The notes under the pieces were generated by a model. That model was not told where the DNA came from, searched no databases, and was given only the letters and a program-made list of their open reading frames with translations. The translations under genes and the position numbers were made by a program. This document shows, one piece after another, positions 37,343-48,260 of a stretch of DNA of 64,000 nt (the first letter of the stretch is position 1; every line of letters starts with the position of its first letter). Origin of the DNA: a virus; the IMG/VR virus record IMGVR_UViG_3300047552_001147, positions 1-64,000 of that record, one strand, 5' to 3'.

Positions 37343-37608
37343 TATACATCCTTTCCTTGTTCAAGGGCGCGGAGCTTGTCCTCCGCTGTATGCCACGCCC
37401 TGCTGAGGTAGTAAATATCTTGTCCCGTGTGGTCGACAGTCTCTATTGCTGCCTGCATAGCGCGTCTGGCCTTATGCGTCCTGATTGCTGCGTTGATGAC
37501 CAGATCGGCCCTATCCAGATCCTCTGCCTCCTGCACGCTCAGGCTGGACAAGCGGCGATAGTAGGTGCGGGTCAATGCCACGGCTTCCTCAAACGTCATC
37601 GGCTTCAT
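37342..37608 (-). CDS. Hypothetical protein
   Basis: GGAGG RBS; coupled. Confidence 0.6.
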   Translation of the reverse strand: MKPMTFEEAVALTRTYYRRLSSLSVQEAEDLDRADLVINAAIRTHKARRAMQAAIETVDHTGQDIYYLSRAWHTAEDKLRALEQGKDV

Positions 37609-37937
37609 GCGTCCTCCCCGCGTTCGAGGGCGCGAAGCTTCGCCAGCGACTCGAAGCACGCCTCAACACGCAGCAACCGCTCAGGTCTGTCCCCGCCCTC
37701 GTAATCGTCGAGGTAGCACCGCGCCTCATGCGCCTCTACCGCCGCGTCAACGATGGCGCGGGCGCGTTCCTTTGCTCTGTATTTGCCCTCTCGTTTCTTC
37801 TTCATCAAGGCCTCAGCCTGCTCGCGCGATATACCAGCTGGCGTAACAATGAAAACGTGCATACAGTACTTAGGATTTCGGTCAATTTCCACAGCCGTGC
37901 GTAAGTCCATCGGCGGGTGCTTCGGTTTGTCAGCCAC
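37605..37937 (-). CDS. Hypothetical protein
   Basis: Coupled ORF; start uncertain. Confidence 0.55.
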   Translation of the reverse strand: MADKPKHPPMDLRTAVEIDRNPKYCMHVFIVTPAGISREQAEALMKKKREGKYRAKERARAIVDAAVEAHEARCYLDDYEGGDRPERLLRVEACFESLAKLRALERGEDA

Positions 37938-38238
37938 TGGAAGACTTCTTTCTAGCTGCCTGTGCCGCCAAGTGAAGCTCCTTGAGGTTCGCTCCGTGAT
38001 TCGCGTCATCGCCAGTTCCCCAGCAACGGTCGCACTCTGCATCGGTCATTGCTGATCCACCAACGCCTCCGAAGTATGTTGCCGTGCTAGAGTACGCGCG
38101 CCTTCCTGTTCCGGTGCAGACGCGGCACGGGTATTCACCAATTCCGCGCAAGTCCCAGAAGCGGTTCCAGAACTCGGCCTCGGGGTGGCCCTTTCCGAGT
38201 AGTTCGTCGCGGGTCAACATTGCTTTGCTGTTTGTCAT
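37930..38238 (-). CDS. Zinc-finger protein with CxxCxGxG repeats
   Basis: CRVCTGTG, CDRCWGTG. Confidence 0.65.
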   Translation of the reverse strand: MTNSKAMLTRDELLGKGHPEAEFWNRFWDLRGIGEYPCRVCTGTGRRAYSSTATYFGGVGGSAMTDAECDRCWGTGDDANHGANLKELHLAAQAARKKSSSG

Positions 38239-38304
38239 ACGATCACCGTCCCAGTAAACAGTCCTAAGACTACGGCTAAAAGCATAATCGTCCACCAATC
38301 CAAT

Positions 38305-39388
38305 TCAGGGTCCTGTCGTTCCTTCATCGTCTTCCTCCTCTTCTCTACCGTATAGCGACCATTGCGCTATCTTCCGCAGAGCGCCGGTTAGTTCTACACA
38401 ACCCATTCCGCACACCGGGCAATTATCAGCCGCTCTAAATCGCTCACAATCGAAGCACCACTTGTAGTGCTGGTACTTAGGACCAGTGCTTGTCATCGAC
38501 GGCCTTCGTCAGTTTCTTGAGTAGGGTCTCCGCATGTTCCATTTCATTGGACGCGCGGTTACCCCACTCTATTTGACCTATTCTGACCTTAATTGTGCGA
38601 AGAAGCCACGAGGCCTGTTCGTCAGTCAATGATAGTGTAATCGGCTGGTCTTTGCTCATTATCAGTCGTCCTCCTGTAAGTCGCACACGCCAGAGTCATC
38701 CACCCGTGTTTTATCCAACCAGGTGAAGTACTCATTTGTGTACTTCGTTGGCCGGTCCTTCAAAAGATTGCAGTGTCTCGTATCGCTCCACTGATCAGAA
38801 TCGGTTACGCTGTGCTTACAGGATGCGCATGTCTTCAAAACACGGTAGTTGTTCTTCCCAATCATTGTTTTACCTTCTGGATTGTTTCAAGAAGATCCTG
38901 TGCTGTACAACCTATGCACCAATGAGATTGTTCATTAGGGTAGCTTTCACGACAATCAGGGAGAGTATTGTGTAGCCCGATGTCACACTTAAACTGGCTG
39001 ACGCGAATCACCAATTGCTGGAGGTTTTGCTTTTGCTTCCGCAACTGCGCTACTTCTTTACCAGTCTCCGCCAACATATCTAGGGCCTCATGATATCGCC
39101 GCTCTTGCCATACGGGATTACATCGCCGCAGGAAAGAGCCGATTCTCCACCATAGCTTCTTCATGTACCCTCCTTAGCTTGCTGAGCCAGTGCAAACTGC
39201 CAACTGCTTGTAGCGGTTAGCAGCTTATTGCGGGCGCTCAGGTATTCCGGTACATCACCACGCATAAAGGCACGTTGATACTCGTCCGCCGCCTTCACCA
39301 CGCCCTCGGCGGCGAGGCGGACGGCGTCGTCTAGCTTGCGAAGTTCAGAGCGGTCGTACTCCTCGCGATCGTAATCGTAGTAGCTCAC
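38305..39388 (-). CDS. Run of five small hypothetical genes (38305-38496, 38477-38659, 38662-38865, 38862-39164, 39161-39388)
   Basis: Tightly packed overlapping ORFs; several with Cys clusters. Confidence 0.6.
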
Positions 39389-39663
39389 GTTCCGATCTCC
39401 TTCTCGACCGCCGCGAGGGCGTCCCTAAGTCTGAAGCAGTACACGCAATCACAGTTCTCGGAAGCCCGCTTACTTGCCTCCACCAGCCGCGCGACGGCAT
39501 CGCTGCGCGCAGAGACGCGGCGGTTCCAGTTGTCCGCGCAGATCCACGTAATGTGGCCCTCGCACCCAGTGCTTGAGCAGCACGCCATCAGCCCGAATAC
39601 GCGGTGTTCTTTGGAATCCGCTTTTGCGCCGCAGAACGGGCACGCCTTGAGTTCGCTCGTCAC
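39385..39663 (-). CDS. Lar-family (restriction alleviation) zinc-ribbon protein
   Basis: ELKACPFCG...C...C...WNRR. Confidence 0.65.
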   Translation of the reverse strand: MTSELKACPFCGAKADSKEHRVFGLMACCSSTGCEGHITWICADNWNRRVSARSDAVARLVEASKRASENCDCVYCFRLRDALAAVEKEIGT

Positions 39664-40175
39664 GACTGCACCTCCTTATCAACGCGTAACTTCCTGATCC
39701 GATGAAGTAGGATCACAACAGCATCAACCGGATGGCTTTTGAAGCCTTCCCATCCGTTTGCTTGCATGTCCTTCTGAATTGTCTGGCTTTGGCCATACCA
39801 CAGCTGCTCAGTCATTTTCAACTTCTTGATTTCCTCGGCATCAGCAGCAGCTTTATGCTTCAGCTCTGCAATCTCGTCATAGAGTGTCTCAATCCTGTGG
39901 TCAACCTCCGAAACATGCTGAGACGCGGTATCGTACCAAGATCTGAGCTTCTCAAGCTCCGCCCTATGCTCATCCCGCTCTCGCCGAGCAGATCTGACAT
40001 CTTCCTTTGCTGCTTTTGTTTTAGCCTGTTCAGCTGACAGCAAATCCTGAATAGCGACAAAGACGTCCTTCACCAGGTAATCGCCGTAGTTATTGCGCAT
40101 ATGCCACGAGCGTGACATATCGCAGGGAATATCCTTGAGAATCATCTCCAGGATCTCTTTGTGTGTTTTTTTCAT
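39660..40175 (-). CDS. Coiled-coil protein
   Basis: Heptad repeats. Confidence 0.65.
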   Translation of the reverse strand: MKKTHKEILEMILKDIPCDMSRSWHMRNNYGDYLVKDVFVAIQDLLSAEQAKTKAAKEDVRSARRERDEHRAELEKLRSWYDTASQHVSEVDHRIETLYDEIAELKHKAAADAEEIKKLKMTEQLWYGQSQTIQKDMQANGWEGFKSHPVDAVVILLHRIRKLRVDKEVQS

Positions 40176-40176
40176 C

Positions 40177-40590
40177 TTAGTCCCATCCGTGGCAGCCGCA
40201 ATAGAAGCGGTCATAGCCACGATCGCCTCTTGGTTTGTAGTTCGTACATACGCCTTGACATTGCTTGGTGTGAGCTACTTCAGCGTAACCACACCACTTG
40301 CACAGGTTTGCTTCCCACGTACCGTCTACACAAGATTCGAAGAACGGCAACGAGGAATCCGACGGTCGCTCACAGGTGCATATCGCGTGGTTGGACTGGC
40401 CATAGTTGCACTCATTACCACCGCCGTATGCACCATGTCTCGCGGTTTTGCCTCCATAATGGGAGCAGCGAGCCATTCTAACCGGTAGCGGCGCACCAGC
40501 CGAAACTGATTCACACTTGTCTTCTAGATCAGCCATGTTTCTTACCCACTCCTCGCTGGGCCATTTAGGTTTCATTTTCAGGTACTCCAA
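40177..40590 (-). CDS. Cys-rich hypothetical protein
   Basis: Many Cys; C-terminal DRFYCGCHGWD. Confidence 0.6.
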   Translation of the reverse strand: MEYLKMKPKWPSEEWVRNMADLEDKCESVSAGAPLPVRMARCSHYGGKTARHGAYGGGNECNYGQSNHAICTCERPSDSSLPFFESCVDGTWEANLCKWCGYAEVAHTKQCQGVCTNYKPRGDRGYDRFYCGCHGWD

Positions 40591-40624
40591 TTTGGTTGCT
40601 AAAACAATAGGACAGGTTCGCTTG

Positions 40625-40633
40625 TCTTATGCC
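40625..40633 (-). promoter_or_regulatory. Conserved promoter motif GGCATAAGA
   Basis: Heads the 35.4-40.6 kb - strand block; divergent from the RNAP operon. Confidence 0.7.
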
Positions 40634-40657
40634 TCAATTCGGATCATAATTTGATGC

Positions 40658-40993
40658 ATGTCTAGTCCCACAAACCAGTTATCGCAGCGCGTTAAGGACG
40701 GTCTGGCGCAACGCCTGGCCGAGTATCCCGCTGTCCTGCGTACCCGGACCTTGGGGGATATTGCTTCAACCAAGATGCGTAGAATTGAGCTCTTGGATTT
40801 GAACAAAGAAGCCGACAGATGCCGATGGCAGCTTCTCCACAATGACCCAGAGCGATTTGAGGTTATTAGCGAGAAGGAATCTCATCAAAAGCAAGAGTAT
40901 TTTGTTCGAATCATTTACAACGAGCTGGGCGACGACCAGTCAGTCGTAAAAACTAAGGAAGAGCTGCGATCCGAAGAAACCGGATCAGTTTAG
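40658..40993 (+). CDS. Hypothetical protein directly upstream of RNAP
   Basis: 111-aa ORF ending 2 nt before the RNAP start. Confidence 0.65.
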   Translation: MSSPTNQLSQRVKDGLAQRLAEYPAVLRTRTLGDIASTKMRRIELLDLNKEADRCRWQLLHNDPERFEVISEKESHQKQEYFVRIIYNELGDDQSVVKTKEELRSEETGSV

Positions 40994-40995
40994 CA

Positions 40996-43900
40996 ATGCT
41001 AGATCATCAAAAATCCTTCGAGTCTGCGATTGTTCTTGCCGAGAAGATCGTCAAAGAAGCCTTCCCGATTGTCGGCAAACACCACACGGTTCAGGCCAGC
41101 AACTTCCGCTGGCAGGGTGTTGGGTCATCTGTATCATACGACATTGCCGCCCAAAAGAAAGCCAAGCTAGAAGACAAGTCGCTTCTCGCTACCCTCCTGG
41201 CCGATGTCCAGGTAGTTGACAAGACCGGCAAAGTGCTGGATCAGCGAGACGGCCACATCGTCCTCCAGATCCCACACATCACCTCTAGAGCTTCGTACAT
41301 CCTGCAAGGGACGGAGCGCCAGGTCATCAACCAGCTTAGATTGCGCCCAGGTATTTACGCCGACTTCACGCCGGACAACAACATCAAGGTGCGCATCAAC
41401 ACGTCAGCCGCAGGCACCTACGCTGTCCTTCTGGACAGAGAGAGCCTGATAATGACGTTTAGGGTTGGCACCTCGACCAACTTCCCAATCATCTCAGTTT
41501 TGAAGGTATTGGGCCTGAACGAGGTTGAGATCCGCCAGCTGCTGGGAGACAAGATCTTCGCGGTAAACCAGAAGAAGTCTAAGCCTGATATGGATGCGCT
41601 GAAGCTGATCAAGAAGCTCCGCCCATACCACGCCACAGCCAACGTAGACGACGCTAAGAAGATGGTCGTTGACTTCCTGGCATCAAAGCCGCTGGACCCG
41701 GAAGTTAACAAGGTAACGATTGGCAAGCCGATTGATAAGGTGGACCAGTCAGCAGTTGTTGAGTGTGTGCGCAAGGCAATTTCTCTTGCCACTGGTGCCT
41801 CTGAGCCGGATGACGTCGAATCGTTAGCGTTCAAGTCGATCCTATCATTTGACGACTTCGTGGCCGAGAGACTGCTAAAGGCCATCCCCGATATCAAGCG
41901 TAAGGTTGCGTCACTGGTTGATAGAAAGCCGCAGGTGCTGTTTGCCTTGCCGCCGTCAATGTTCACAGACACTATTGACAACTTCTTCAACAAGTCTGAG
42001 TTCACGCGACACGCTGACCAGAACAACCCGATTGACATTGCCGCCGTCAACTCCCTTGTCACTACGATGGGTGAGGGCGGTATCAAGAGCACGTACGCGG
42101 TGACTGACGAGGTCCGCACGATTCACCCGTCGCACTTAGGTATCCTCGACGTGGCGCACACCTCAGAAGGTGGCAACATCGGTATTACCAACCACCTGTC
42201 GCTGGGAGCGAAGAAGATTGGCAGTGCTTTGGGCATGTCTGTCTATGACGCCCGCACAGGTAAAAGAGAAGACCACACAATCCAGGCGCTCGTTAACAAG
42301 ACCATCGCATACCCGGACCAGTATGATAACCTTGGCAAGGGGATCCCGAAGCCCAGGGGTAAGGAGATCAAGGTAAGGGCTGGCAGCTCTTTCAAGGTCG
42401 TGTCTCCTAAAGAGGTAGACTACGTTTTTACGACGCCCGACTCCTTCTTCTCGTCAACAACCTCCGCTATCCCCTTCCTGCCGAACAACCACGTTAACCG
42501 CGTGTTGATGGGTGATAAGCACATTGAGCAGGCAGTTAATCTGACGAACCCCGATAAGCCGTTGGTCATGCACGAGATGACCAGTGGCCCGGATGCCCCT
42601 AAGAAGATCTCGGCGGGCTACGAAGAGCTGTTCGGTCAGATGTTCAACATCAAGTCACCGGTCAAGGGCAAGGTCACGAAGGTGACTGCCGACGCTATCT
42701 ACATCAAGCCTACAACAGGCAAGGCGGTTCCGGTAGCTATCCACAATAACTACCCGCTGAACTCGCACACGTTCTTCCACGACACGCCCAGCGTTAAGGT
42801 CGGCGATCGCGTCAAAGAGGGTCAACCGCTGGCTGAGAGTAACTTCACCAAGGACAATGTCCTGGCTCTCGGTAAGAACCTGAGAGTAGCGTATACCGCA
42901 TACAAGGGGTATAACTTCGAGGACGGTGTTGTTATCTCCGAAGCGGCTGCTCAAAAGCTCACATCTACCCACAAGCACGAGTACCGTGTTGACGTAGATA
43001 AGAACACTAAGACTGGCGCAGACATCTTCTTTGCCGCCTTCCCGCAAGACCTTAAGTACCTGCGCGAGCTGAAAGAGCGCTACGACTCTGACGGTATCAT
43101 CAAGAAGGGCATCAAGGTAGAGCCCGGCGATATCCTTATCCCGGCGTTCCAACAGATCCCGCTGCACGCGGAGTTCGACTACAAGAGACTCGGTAAGAAG
43201 CTCGGTGATAGAGCTATCGACATCTCTCAGCGGTGGGACGGCCTAGGTCCCGCTGAAGTTATTGACGTTGTCAAGTCCAGATCGTTCATCAAGGTCTTCC
43301 TAAAGTCGGAAGAGCCTATGAAGATCGGCGACAAGATCAGTATGCGTCACGGCGGTAAGGGTATCATTACCCACATCGTCCCAGACGATCAGATGTACAA
43401 GGACGAGTCGGGCAACATCGTTGACGTGCTTTTGAACCCTCTCGGTGTGCCTAGCCGTGTCAACACTGGCCAGCTGTTTGAGACAGCGGCAGGTAAGCTA
43501 GCACAGAAGACCGGTAAGCCGTACTATACGAAGAACTTCAACGAGACGCACGGCAATACCCTAGGGAAGCTGAAGAGCGACCTCGCTGCTGCCGGTGTTA
43601 AGGATGCTGAGACCCTAACTGATCCTGTGACTGGTCGCAAGCTGCCCGAGACCCTCGTAGGCATCACGCATATCTACAAGCTTAAGCATCAGGTTGACAC
43701 GAAGTTCAAGGCTCGTGGCGCAACTGATGAGAGCTTCACTCTTGATGAGCAGCCGGCAAAAACTGACGAATCGTCCGCACAACGTATCGGTATGCTCGAC
43801 ACGTTCTCGCTGCTCTCCGGCGATGCAACGCACTTCCTGAACGACGCCTACGGTATCAAGTCACAGAAGAACGACGAGTATTGGGTTGCCCTGCAACGCG

Positions 43901-46900
43901 GGGTCATGCCTCCGCCTCCAAAGGTACCGTTCATTACAGAACGCTTCGTGACGATGTTGCTTGGTGCGGGAATCAACCTTCGCCAGGAAGGTAGCAAGCT
44001 AACCGCTGCCCCGCTCACCGACAGTCAGATCAAGAACATGTCGCACGGTGAGATCGATAAGCCGCTAGTGGTTAAGTCTACCAACCTGATGCCTGAGAAG
44101 GGCGGGCTCTTTGACCCCGTCAAGACTGGCGGTATCGGCGGTAACCGGTTCAATCACATTGAACTTGTGACACCTATCCCTAACCCGTTGATGCTGGACG
44201 CGATCACGTCCGTCGCACGTCTTCCAAAGACTGATATCCTTACACAGATCATTGATGGTAACCTCGCTGTCAATGATCAAGGTGAGGTTGTTAAGGACTT
44301 GAACGACGGAGCCAGCTTCGGTAACGGCGTGATCAATCTACTCAAGAACATTGACGTTGAGAAGGAGATCACACGCACACAGGCGGAGATCAAGACGTCT
44401 AAGGCGGATAAGCTCAACGCAGCATATCGCCGACTCAAGTATCTGCGTGCTTTGAAAGAGCTTAAGCTAAAGCCGGTAGATGCCTACACAAACAAGTTCG
44501 TTCCGATCATTCCGGCGAAGTTCAGAAATGTTCAGCCAAGAACTGACGGGTCGCTAAACGTGGCTGATGCAAACTTCGGCTATCGCGAAGTGATCATGAT
44601 CAACAACCAGCTGAAGAAGCTGTCGACTGCCGGAATCTCGCAAGATAACCTCAAGACGCTGAACCGTGACCTGTTCCGGGCCGTGTCTGGTATTACTGGT
44701 GTGACTGCCCCTCTAACGAGAGCGGCGGACGTTTCCGGCTTCATTGAGAAAATCAAAGGACCTAGCCCGAAGATGGGCTTCTTCCAGTCTAGAGTACTAA
44801 CCAGAGCGCAAGATCTGTCAGCGCGTTCTACAGTTATCCCTAACCCCAAGCTTGGGCTGGACGAGATCGGTCTACCGTCTGAGATGGCGCTAACGATCTA
44901 CAAGCCCTTTGTTGTGAAGCGTCTAGTTGGTCTTGGATATGATCCGCTACGCGCCAGAGATATGGTTGAGAAGCGAGACGAGCTCGCAATCCGCGCGCTG
45001 CAGTCGGAGATCGAAGATCGTCCGGCGATCATGAACAGAGCGCCGTCTCTGCATAAGTTCAACCTACAAGCATTTAAGCCGCGTCTAATTGAAGGTAGAG
45101 CGGTAGAAGTCAACCCGCTGATCGTTGCGGGATACAACATGGACTTCGACGGCGATACAGCTGGTATCCACGTCCCCGTGTCTGAGGATGCGCGCAAAGA
45201 GGCCTGGGATAAGTTGATGCCTAGCCGCAACCTGTTTGCTACTAGAGAGGACTCGGTTATTCACGCCCCCTCAAGAGAAACGGTTCACGGCCTGTATCTG
45301 ATGACAACGCCCAAGGGCACGCCCGTACCTGTGAAGTCGGTCAAAGAACTGATGGACATGTACAAGGACGGGAAGATCGAGGTAAACGCAGCGGTCACTG
45401 TTGGCGGTCAAGTGCAATGTGCTGGGCAGTACTTAGTTGATGCGCTAATACCGGATCAAATCAAGCTCGGCCCTGTACAGATCACATCGAAGAACCTCAA
45501 GGATCTTCTGATCAGTGTTGCTAAGACACAAGAGTCTAACAAGGCTGGCGAGATCATCTCCAAACTGAAAGACCTTGGTAACCACTACGTCACGCACGTC
45601 GGCTTCTCGATTTCACTCAACGACCTGGAGATTGATAGAGGTCTACGCGACGACATCATGACCAAGGCTAAGCAGCGCATCAAGGAAGTCGGCTTCAATA
45701 CCGCTGCCAACGAGGCGTCTAAAGGTGTCAAGGATCTGGTCAGTAAGACCAAAGACAACCGGTTCGTAGAGGTTTCGGTAACATCCGGCGCCCTAGGAAA
45801 GCTCGACTCTCTCGCACAGATGGTCGGGTCGCCAGTCGCTGTTGAGGACCACAAAGGCCGCGTCGTTCCCATGCTGATCGAGAAGTCGTATGCAGAAGGA
45901 CACGACCTAGGATCGTATTTGGCAACAGCCCCCGGTGCTCGTAAAGGCCTGGTAGATAAGGGCTTATCGGTAGGTGAGACAGGTTACTTCAACAAGAAGC
46001 TTGTGAACACCACGATCGAGTATAAGATTGTCTCGCCTGATTGTAAGACAACGATCGGCATCGATATGCCGCTTTCATCGAGTGATATCTACGATAGGTT
46101 TGTGGCCGCCGGTCCTTACCGCAATAAGCAGTTGACTCCCGAGTTCGTAAGACAGCTAACAGCGAAGGGGAAGACGAAGATTCTTGTTCGTTCCCCAATG
46201 ACATGTGCCGCAATCGGTGGCCTGTGTCAGAAGTGCTTCGGCCTCGACTCCAGCGGAAAGCTTCCGCCGATTGGATCACATATCGGAGCTCTCGCTGGCC
46301 AGACGCTAGGAGAACGTGCAACGCAAACAACGCTGAAAGCCTTCCACACCGGCGGTACTATCGGCGGACCTAAGCTAGGATTTGATCGCATCTCCGAGAT
46401 CGTGGAGATGCCTGAAACGATTAAGAACAAAGCCACGCTGGCATCTGTTTCTGGAGCAGTCAGTAAAATAGAAGAAACGCCAACAGGCGGTTGGTTCGTT
46501 TATGTGAAGGACACCAAGCACTTCGTTCCGAAAGAACTCGGATTAGGGGTTAAGCTGCGACAAGTAGTTAAGGCTGGCGATAAGCTTAGCCAAGGAGGCA
46601 CAATCAAGCCTCAAGAGCTACTTGAATACACAGGCAGCATTAACACTGTCCGCAATTATCTAGTGAACGAGCTGGCGCAAAGCTACAGCAAAGAGCAAGG
46701 TGCTTACATCAAACGAAAGCTACTAGAAACTGTTGTTCGTCCATTAACTGACAAGGCCCAGGTAACAGATGCTGGCGGGGCACTCAACAAGTTCAACGTG
46801 TATCCTGGAGATGTTCTCTCTGTCAACCTGATTAAGGACTACAATAAGCAGCTGAGAGTTTCCAAGCAACCAGAGATCAAGTTCGAGCCGATGCTGCTTG

Positions 46901-47085
46901 GAATCAATAACGCACCTTATCACAGCCAGGACTTCATTGGTCCGCTATCTCACGAGCGGTTGAAGCAGACGATCGTGCGGGCACCGCAGTTCGGCATGTC
47001 AACCGACATCGAGAAGGGTCACCCGATGGCCCAGCTGGCCCTGAAGAACCTAAGAGACATCGAAAGTACCAGAGCTAGAACGTGA
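40996..47085 (+). CDS. rpoBC: DNA-directed RNA polymerase, fused beta-beta' single polypeptide
   Basis: Beta motifs GYNFEDG, GDKISMRHGGKG, LNPLGVPSR, YKLKHQVDTKFKAR, followed by beta' motifs GGLFD, NRAPSLH, catalytic NMDFDGD, GARKGLVD, RSPMTC..CQKCFG, GERATQTTLKAFHTGG. Confidence 0.95.
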   Translation: MLDHQKSFESAIVLAEKIVKEAFPIVGKHHTVQASNFRWQGVGSSVSYDIAAQKKAKLEDKSLLATLLADVQVVDKTGKVLDQRDGHIVLQIPHITSRASYILQGTERQVINQLRLRPGIYADFTPDNNIKVRINTSAAGTYAVLLDRESLIMTFRVGTSTNFPIISVLKVLGLNEVEIRQLLGDKIFAVNQKKSKPDMDALKLIKKLRPYHATANVDDAKKMVVDFLASKPLDPEVNKVTIGKPIDKVDQSAVVECVRKAISLATGASEPDDVESLAFKSILSFDDFVAERLLKAIPDIKRKVASLVDRKPQVLFALPPSMFTDTIDNFFNKSEFTRHADQNNPIDIAAVNSLVTTMGEGGIKSTYAVTDEVRTIHPSHLGILDVAHTSEGGNIGITNHLSLGAKKIGSALGMSVYDARTGKREDHTIQALVNKTIAYPDQYDNLGKGIPKPRGKEIKVRAGSSFKVVSPKEVDYVFTTPDSFFSSTTSAIPFLPNNHVNRVLMGDKHIEQAVNLTNPDKPLVMHEMTSGPDAPKKISAGYEELFGQMFNIKSPVKGKVTKVTADAIYIKPTTGKAVPVAIHNNYPLNSHTFFHDTPSVKVGDRVKEGQPLAESNFTKDNVLALGKNLRVAYTAYKGYNFEDGVVISEAAAQKLTSTHKHEYRVDVDKNTKTGADIFFAAFPQDLKYLRELKERYDSDGIIKKGIKVEPGDILIPAFQQIPLHAEFDYKRLGKKLGDRAIDISQRWDGLGPAEVIDVVKSRSFIKVFLKSEEPMKIGDKISMRHGGKGIITHIVPDDQMYKDESGNIVDVLLNPLGVPSRVNTGQLFETAAGKLAQKTGKPYYTKNFNETHGNTLGKLKSDLAAAGVKDAETLTDPVTGRKLPETLVGITHIYKLKHQVDTKFKARGATDESFTLDEQPAKTDESSAQRIGMLDTFSLLSGDATHFLNDAYGIKSQKNDEYWVALQRGVMPPPPKVPFITERFVTMLLGAGINLRQEGSKLTAAPLTDSQIKNMSHGEIDKPLVVKSTNLMPEKGGLFDPVKTGGIGGNRFNHIELVTPIPNPLMLDAITSVARLPKTDILTQIIDGNLAVNDQGEVVKDLNDGASFGNGVINLLKNIDVEKEITRTQAEIKTSKADKLNAAYRRLKYLRALKELKLKPVDAYTNKFVPIIPAKFRNVQPRTDGSLNVADANFGYREVIMINNQLKKLSTAGISQDNLKTLNRDLFRAVSGITGVTAPLTRAADVSGFIEKIKGPSPKMGFFQSRVLTRAQDLSARSTVIPNPKLGLDEIGLPSEMALTIYKPFVVKRLVGLGYDPLRARDMVEKRDELAIRALQSEIEDRPAIMNRAPSLHKFNLQAFKPRLIEGRAVEVNPLIVAGYNMDFDGDTAGIHVPVSEDARKEAWDKLMPSRNLFATREDSVIHAPSRETVHGLYLMTTPKGTPVPVKSVKELMDMYKDGKIEVNAAVTVGGQVQCAGQYLVDALIPDQIKLGPVQITSKNLKDLLISVAKTQESNKAGEIISKLKDLGNHYVTHVGFSISLNDLEIDRGLRDDIMTKAKQRIKEVGFNTAANEASKGVKDLVSKTKDNRFVEVSVTSGALGKLDSLAQMVGSPVAVEDHKGRVVPMLIEKSYAEGHDLGSYLATAPGARKGLVDKGLSVGETGYFNKKLVNTTIEYKIVSPDCKTTIGIDMPLSSSDIYDRFVAAGPYRNKQLTPEFVRQLTAKGKTKILVRSPMTCAAIGGLCQKCFGLDSSGKLPPIGSHIGALAGQTLGERATQTTLKAFHTGGTIGGPKLGFDRISEIVEMPETIKNKATLASVSGAVSKIEETPTGGWFVYVKDTKHFVPKELGLGVKLRQVVKAGDKLSQGGTIKPQELLEYTGSINTVRNYLVNELAQSYSKEQGAYIKRKLLETVVRPLTDKAQVTDAGGALNKFNVYPGDVLSVNLIKDYNKQLRVSKQPEIKFEPMLLGINNAPYHSQDFIGPLSHERLKQTIVRAPQFGMSTDIEKGHPMAQLALKNLRDIESTRART

Positions 47086-48260
47086 GAAGTGTTCACGACA
47101 CCGCCAAAGGACGCTCTCCGGAGACGTCACTAACAACTGGAACAGTAGAGCAGTGTCTTCCGAGTAAGAAGGTCTACAAGGTTCTAGTAGACAACGATAC
47201 GATCCGCTACTGCCGGTTGGTCTATACCGGAGTACAGACGGCGCTCAAGCAGGGAGACCGCGTTGTCATAATCAAGTGCGGATCAGCGGATTGGCTGATC
47301 TTGGGAATGATTGACCCTGTTCCCGGACCGTCCGAGCCGTTCATTAACATCGACCTTGACGAGCAGTTCGCGGCAGATAGGGAAGAGTTCCTGTCAGGAA
47401 ATCAGGTTGGGAACGACCCTGACTTCCGCCCAGTAGATAAGTTGGGACAGAAGGAGCCGCCGATCATGCCGGGTGACGCGCAGCTAGAGAACAGGTCCAA
47501 GACCTTCATTGGCCGTTCGCTCGTCCGCGTCTACTCCTTCGGCGACATCTTTGTGAAGGCCAGCGACATCTGCTTCACATACTACAACAAGAACAAGAAC
47601 TGGATCTTGCAACGCGGTATGGGTCTTCTTCGAAGAACGTACGGCTACTCGGAAACGATCATAACGTCGATAGCCGGTCCGCTCAAAGGCAAGACGACTG
47701 TTACCGAGACGATCACCTTTGATCCAAAAACACTGGCACCGGATATATCGGTATCCGCCGGCGTCTCGTTACCTGAAACACCCGGCACCCTGCTAGAGGC
47801 CAGCCAGACAACTGCAGGATATCGTGCCGTCCACAAGGACGTGCTAGCTGTTGAGGTGGATCACAGTACCAAGACGCTTCGAGCATCAATGGCTGTTGGC
47901 GCCTCCAATATTGATCTCCAGGCTGGTACGTTCTTGAAAGAGAATGCTGGCACGTTCACAGACCCTGTGGTGATCGATACCGCTGTCGTCGCAAACGGCC
48001 TGCATCTTCGCCTTGGCGGCGGGTATGACATCGTCTATGACGAGCAAACGAACACGCTCGCTATCACAGGCATAAGCTCCAGAAACCAGGTTAAGCTGTC
48101 AGATCAGGCTTTATCCTTGGTGCGTGGAGAGCAGTCCTTAGTACTCTCGGACGATGGCCTGTCAGGAACTGTCCGGAATTTCCGGATGGTTGTCGAGGGC
48201 GAAAGTATCGAGACCGCTGGCACGAAGTCCATCCAGGCCACAACGATCAGGCTGAACTAA
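47082..48260 (+). CDS. Baseplate central spike (gp5/GpV-like)
   Basis: N-terminal OB-fold-like segment (GTVEQ...GDRVVI...WLILG); beta-strand-rich C-terminus; adjacent to PAAR. Confidence 0.6.
   Translation: MRSVHDTAKGRSPETSLTTGTVEQCLPSKKVYKVLVDNDTIRYCRLVYTGVQTALKQGDRVVIIKCGSADWLILGMIDPVPGPSEPFINIDLDEQFAADREEFLSGNQVGNDPDFRPVDKLGQKEPPIMPGDAQLENRSKTFIGRSLVRVYSFGDIFVKASDICFTYYNKNKNWILQRGMGLLRRTYGYSETIITSIAGPLKGKTTVTETITFDPKTLAPDISVSAGVSLPETPGTLLEASQTTAGYRAVHKDVLAVEVDHSTKTLRASMAVGASNIDLQAGTFLKENAGTFTDPVVIDTAVVANGLHLRLGGGYDIVYDEQTNTLAITGISSRNQVKLSDQALSLVRGEQSLVLSDDGLSGTVRNFRMVVEGESIETAGTKSIQATTIRLN

Noticed and set aside
40996-47085. Host chromosomal rpoB-rpoC or an intein-containing RNAP
   Set aside because: It is flanked by phage structural genes rather than ribosomal protein genes, is highly diverged, and shows no intein motifs.
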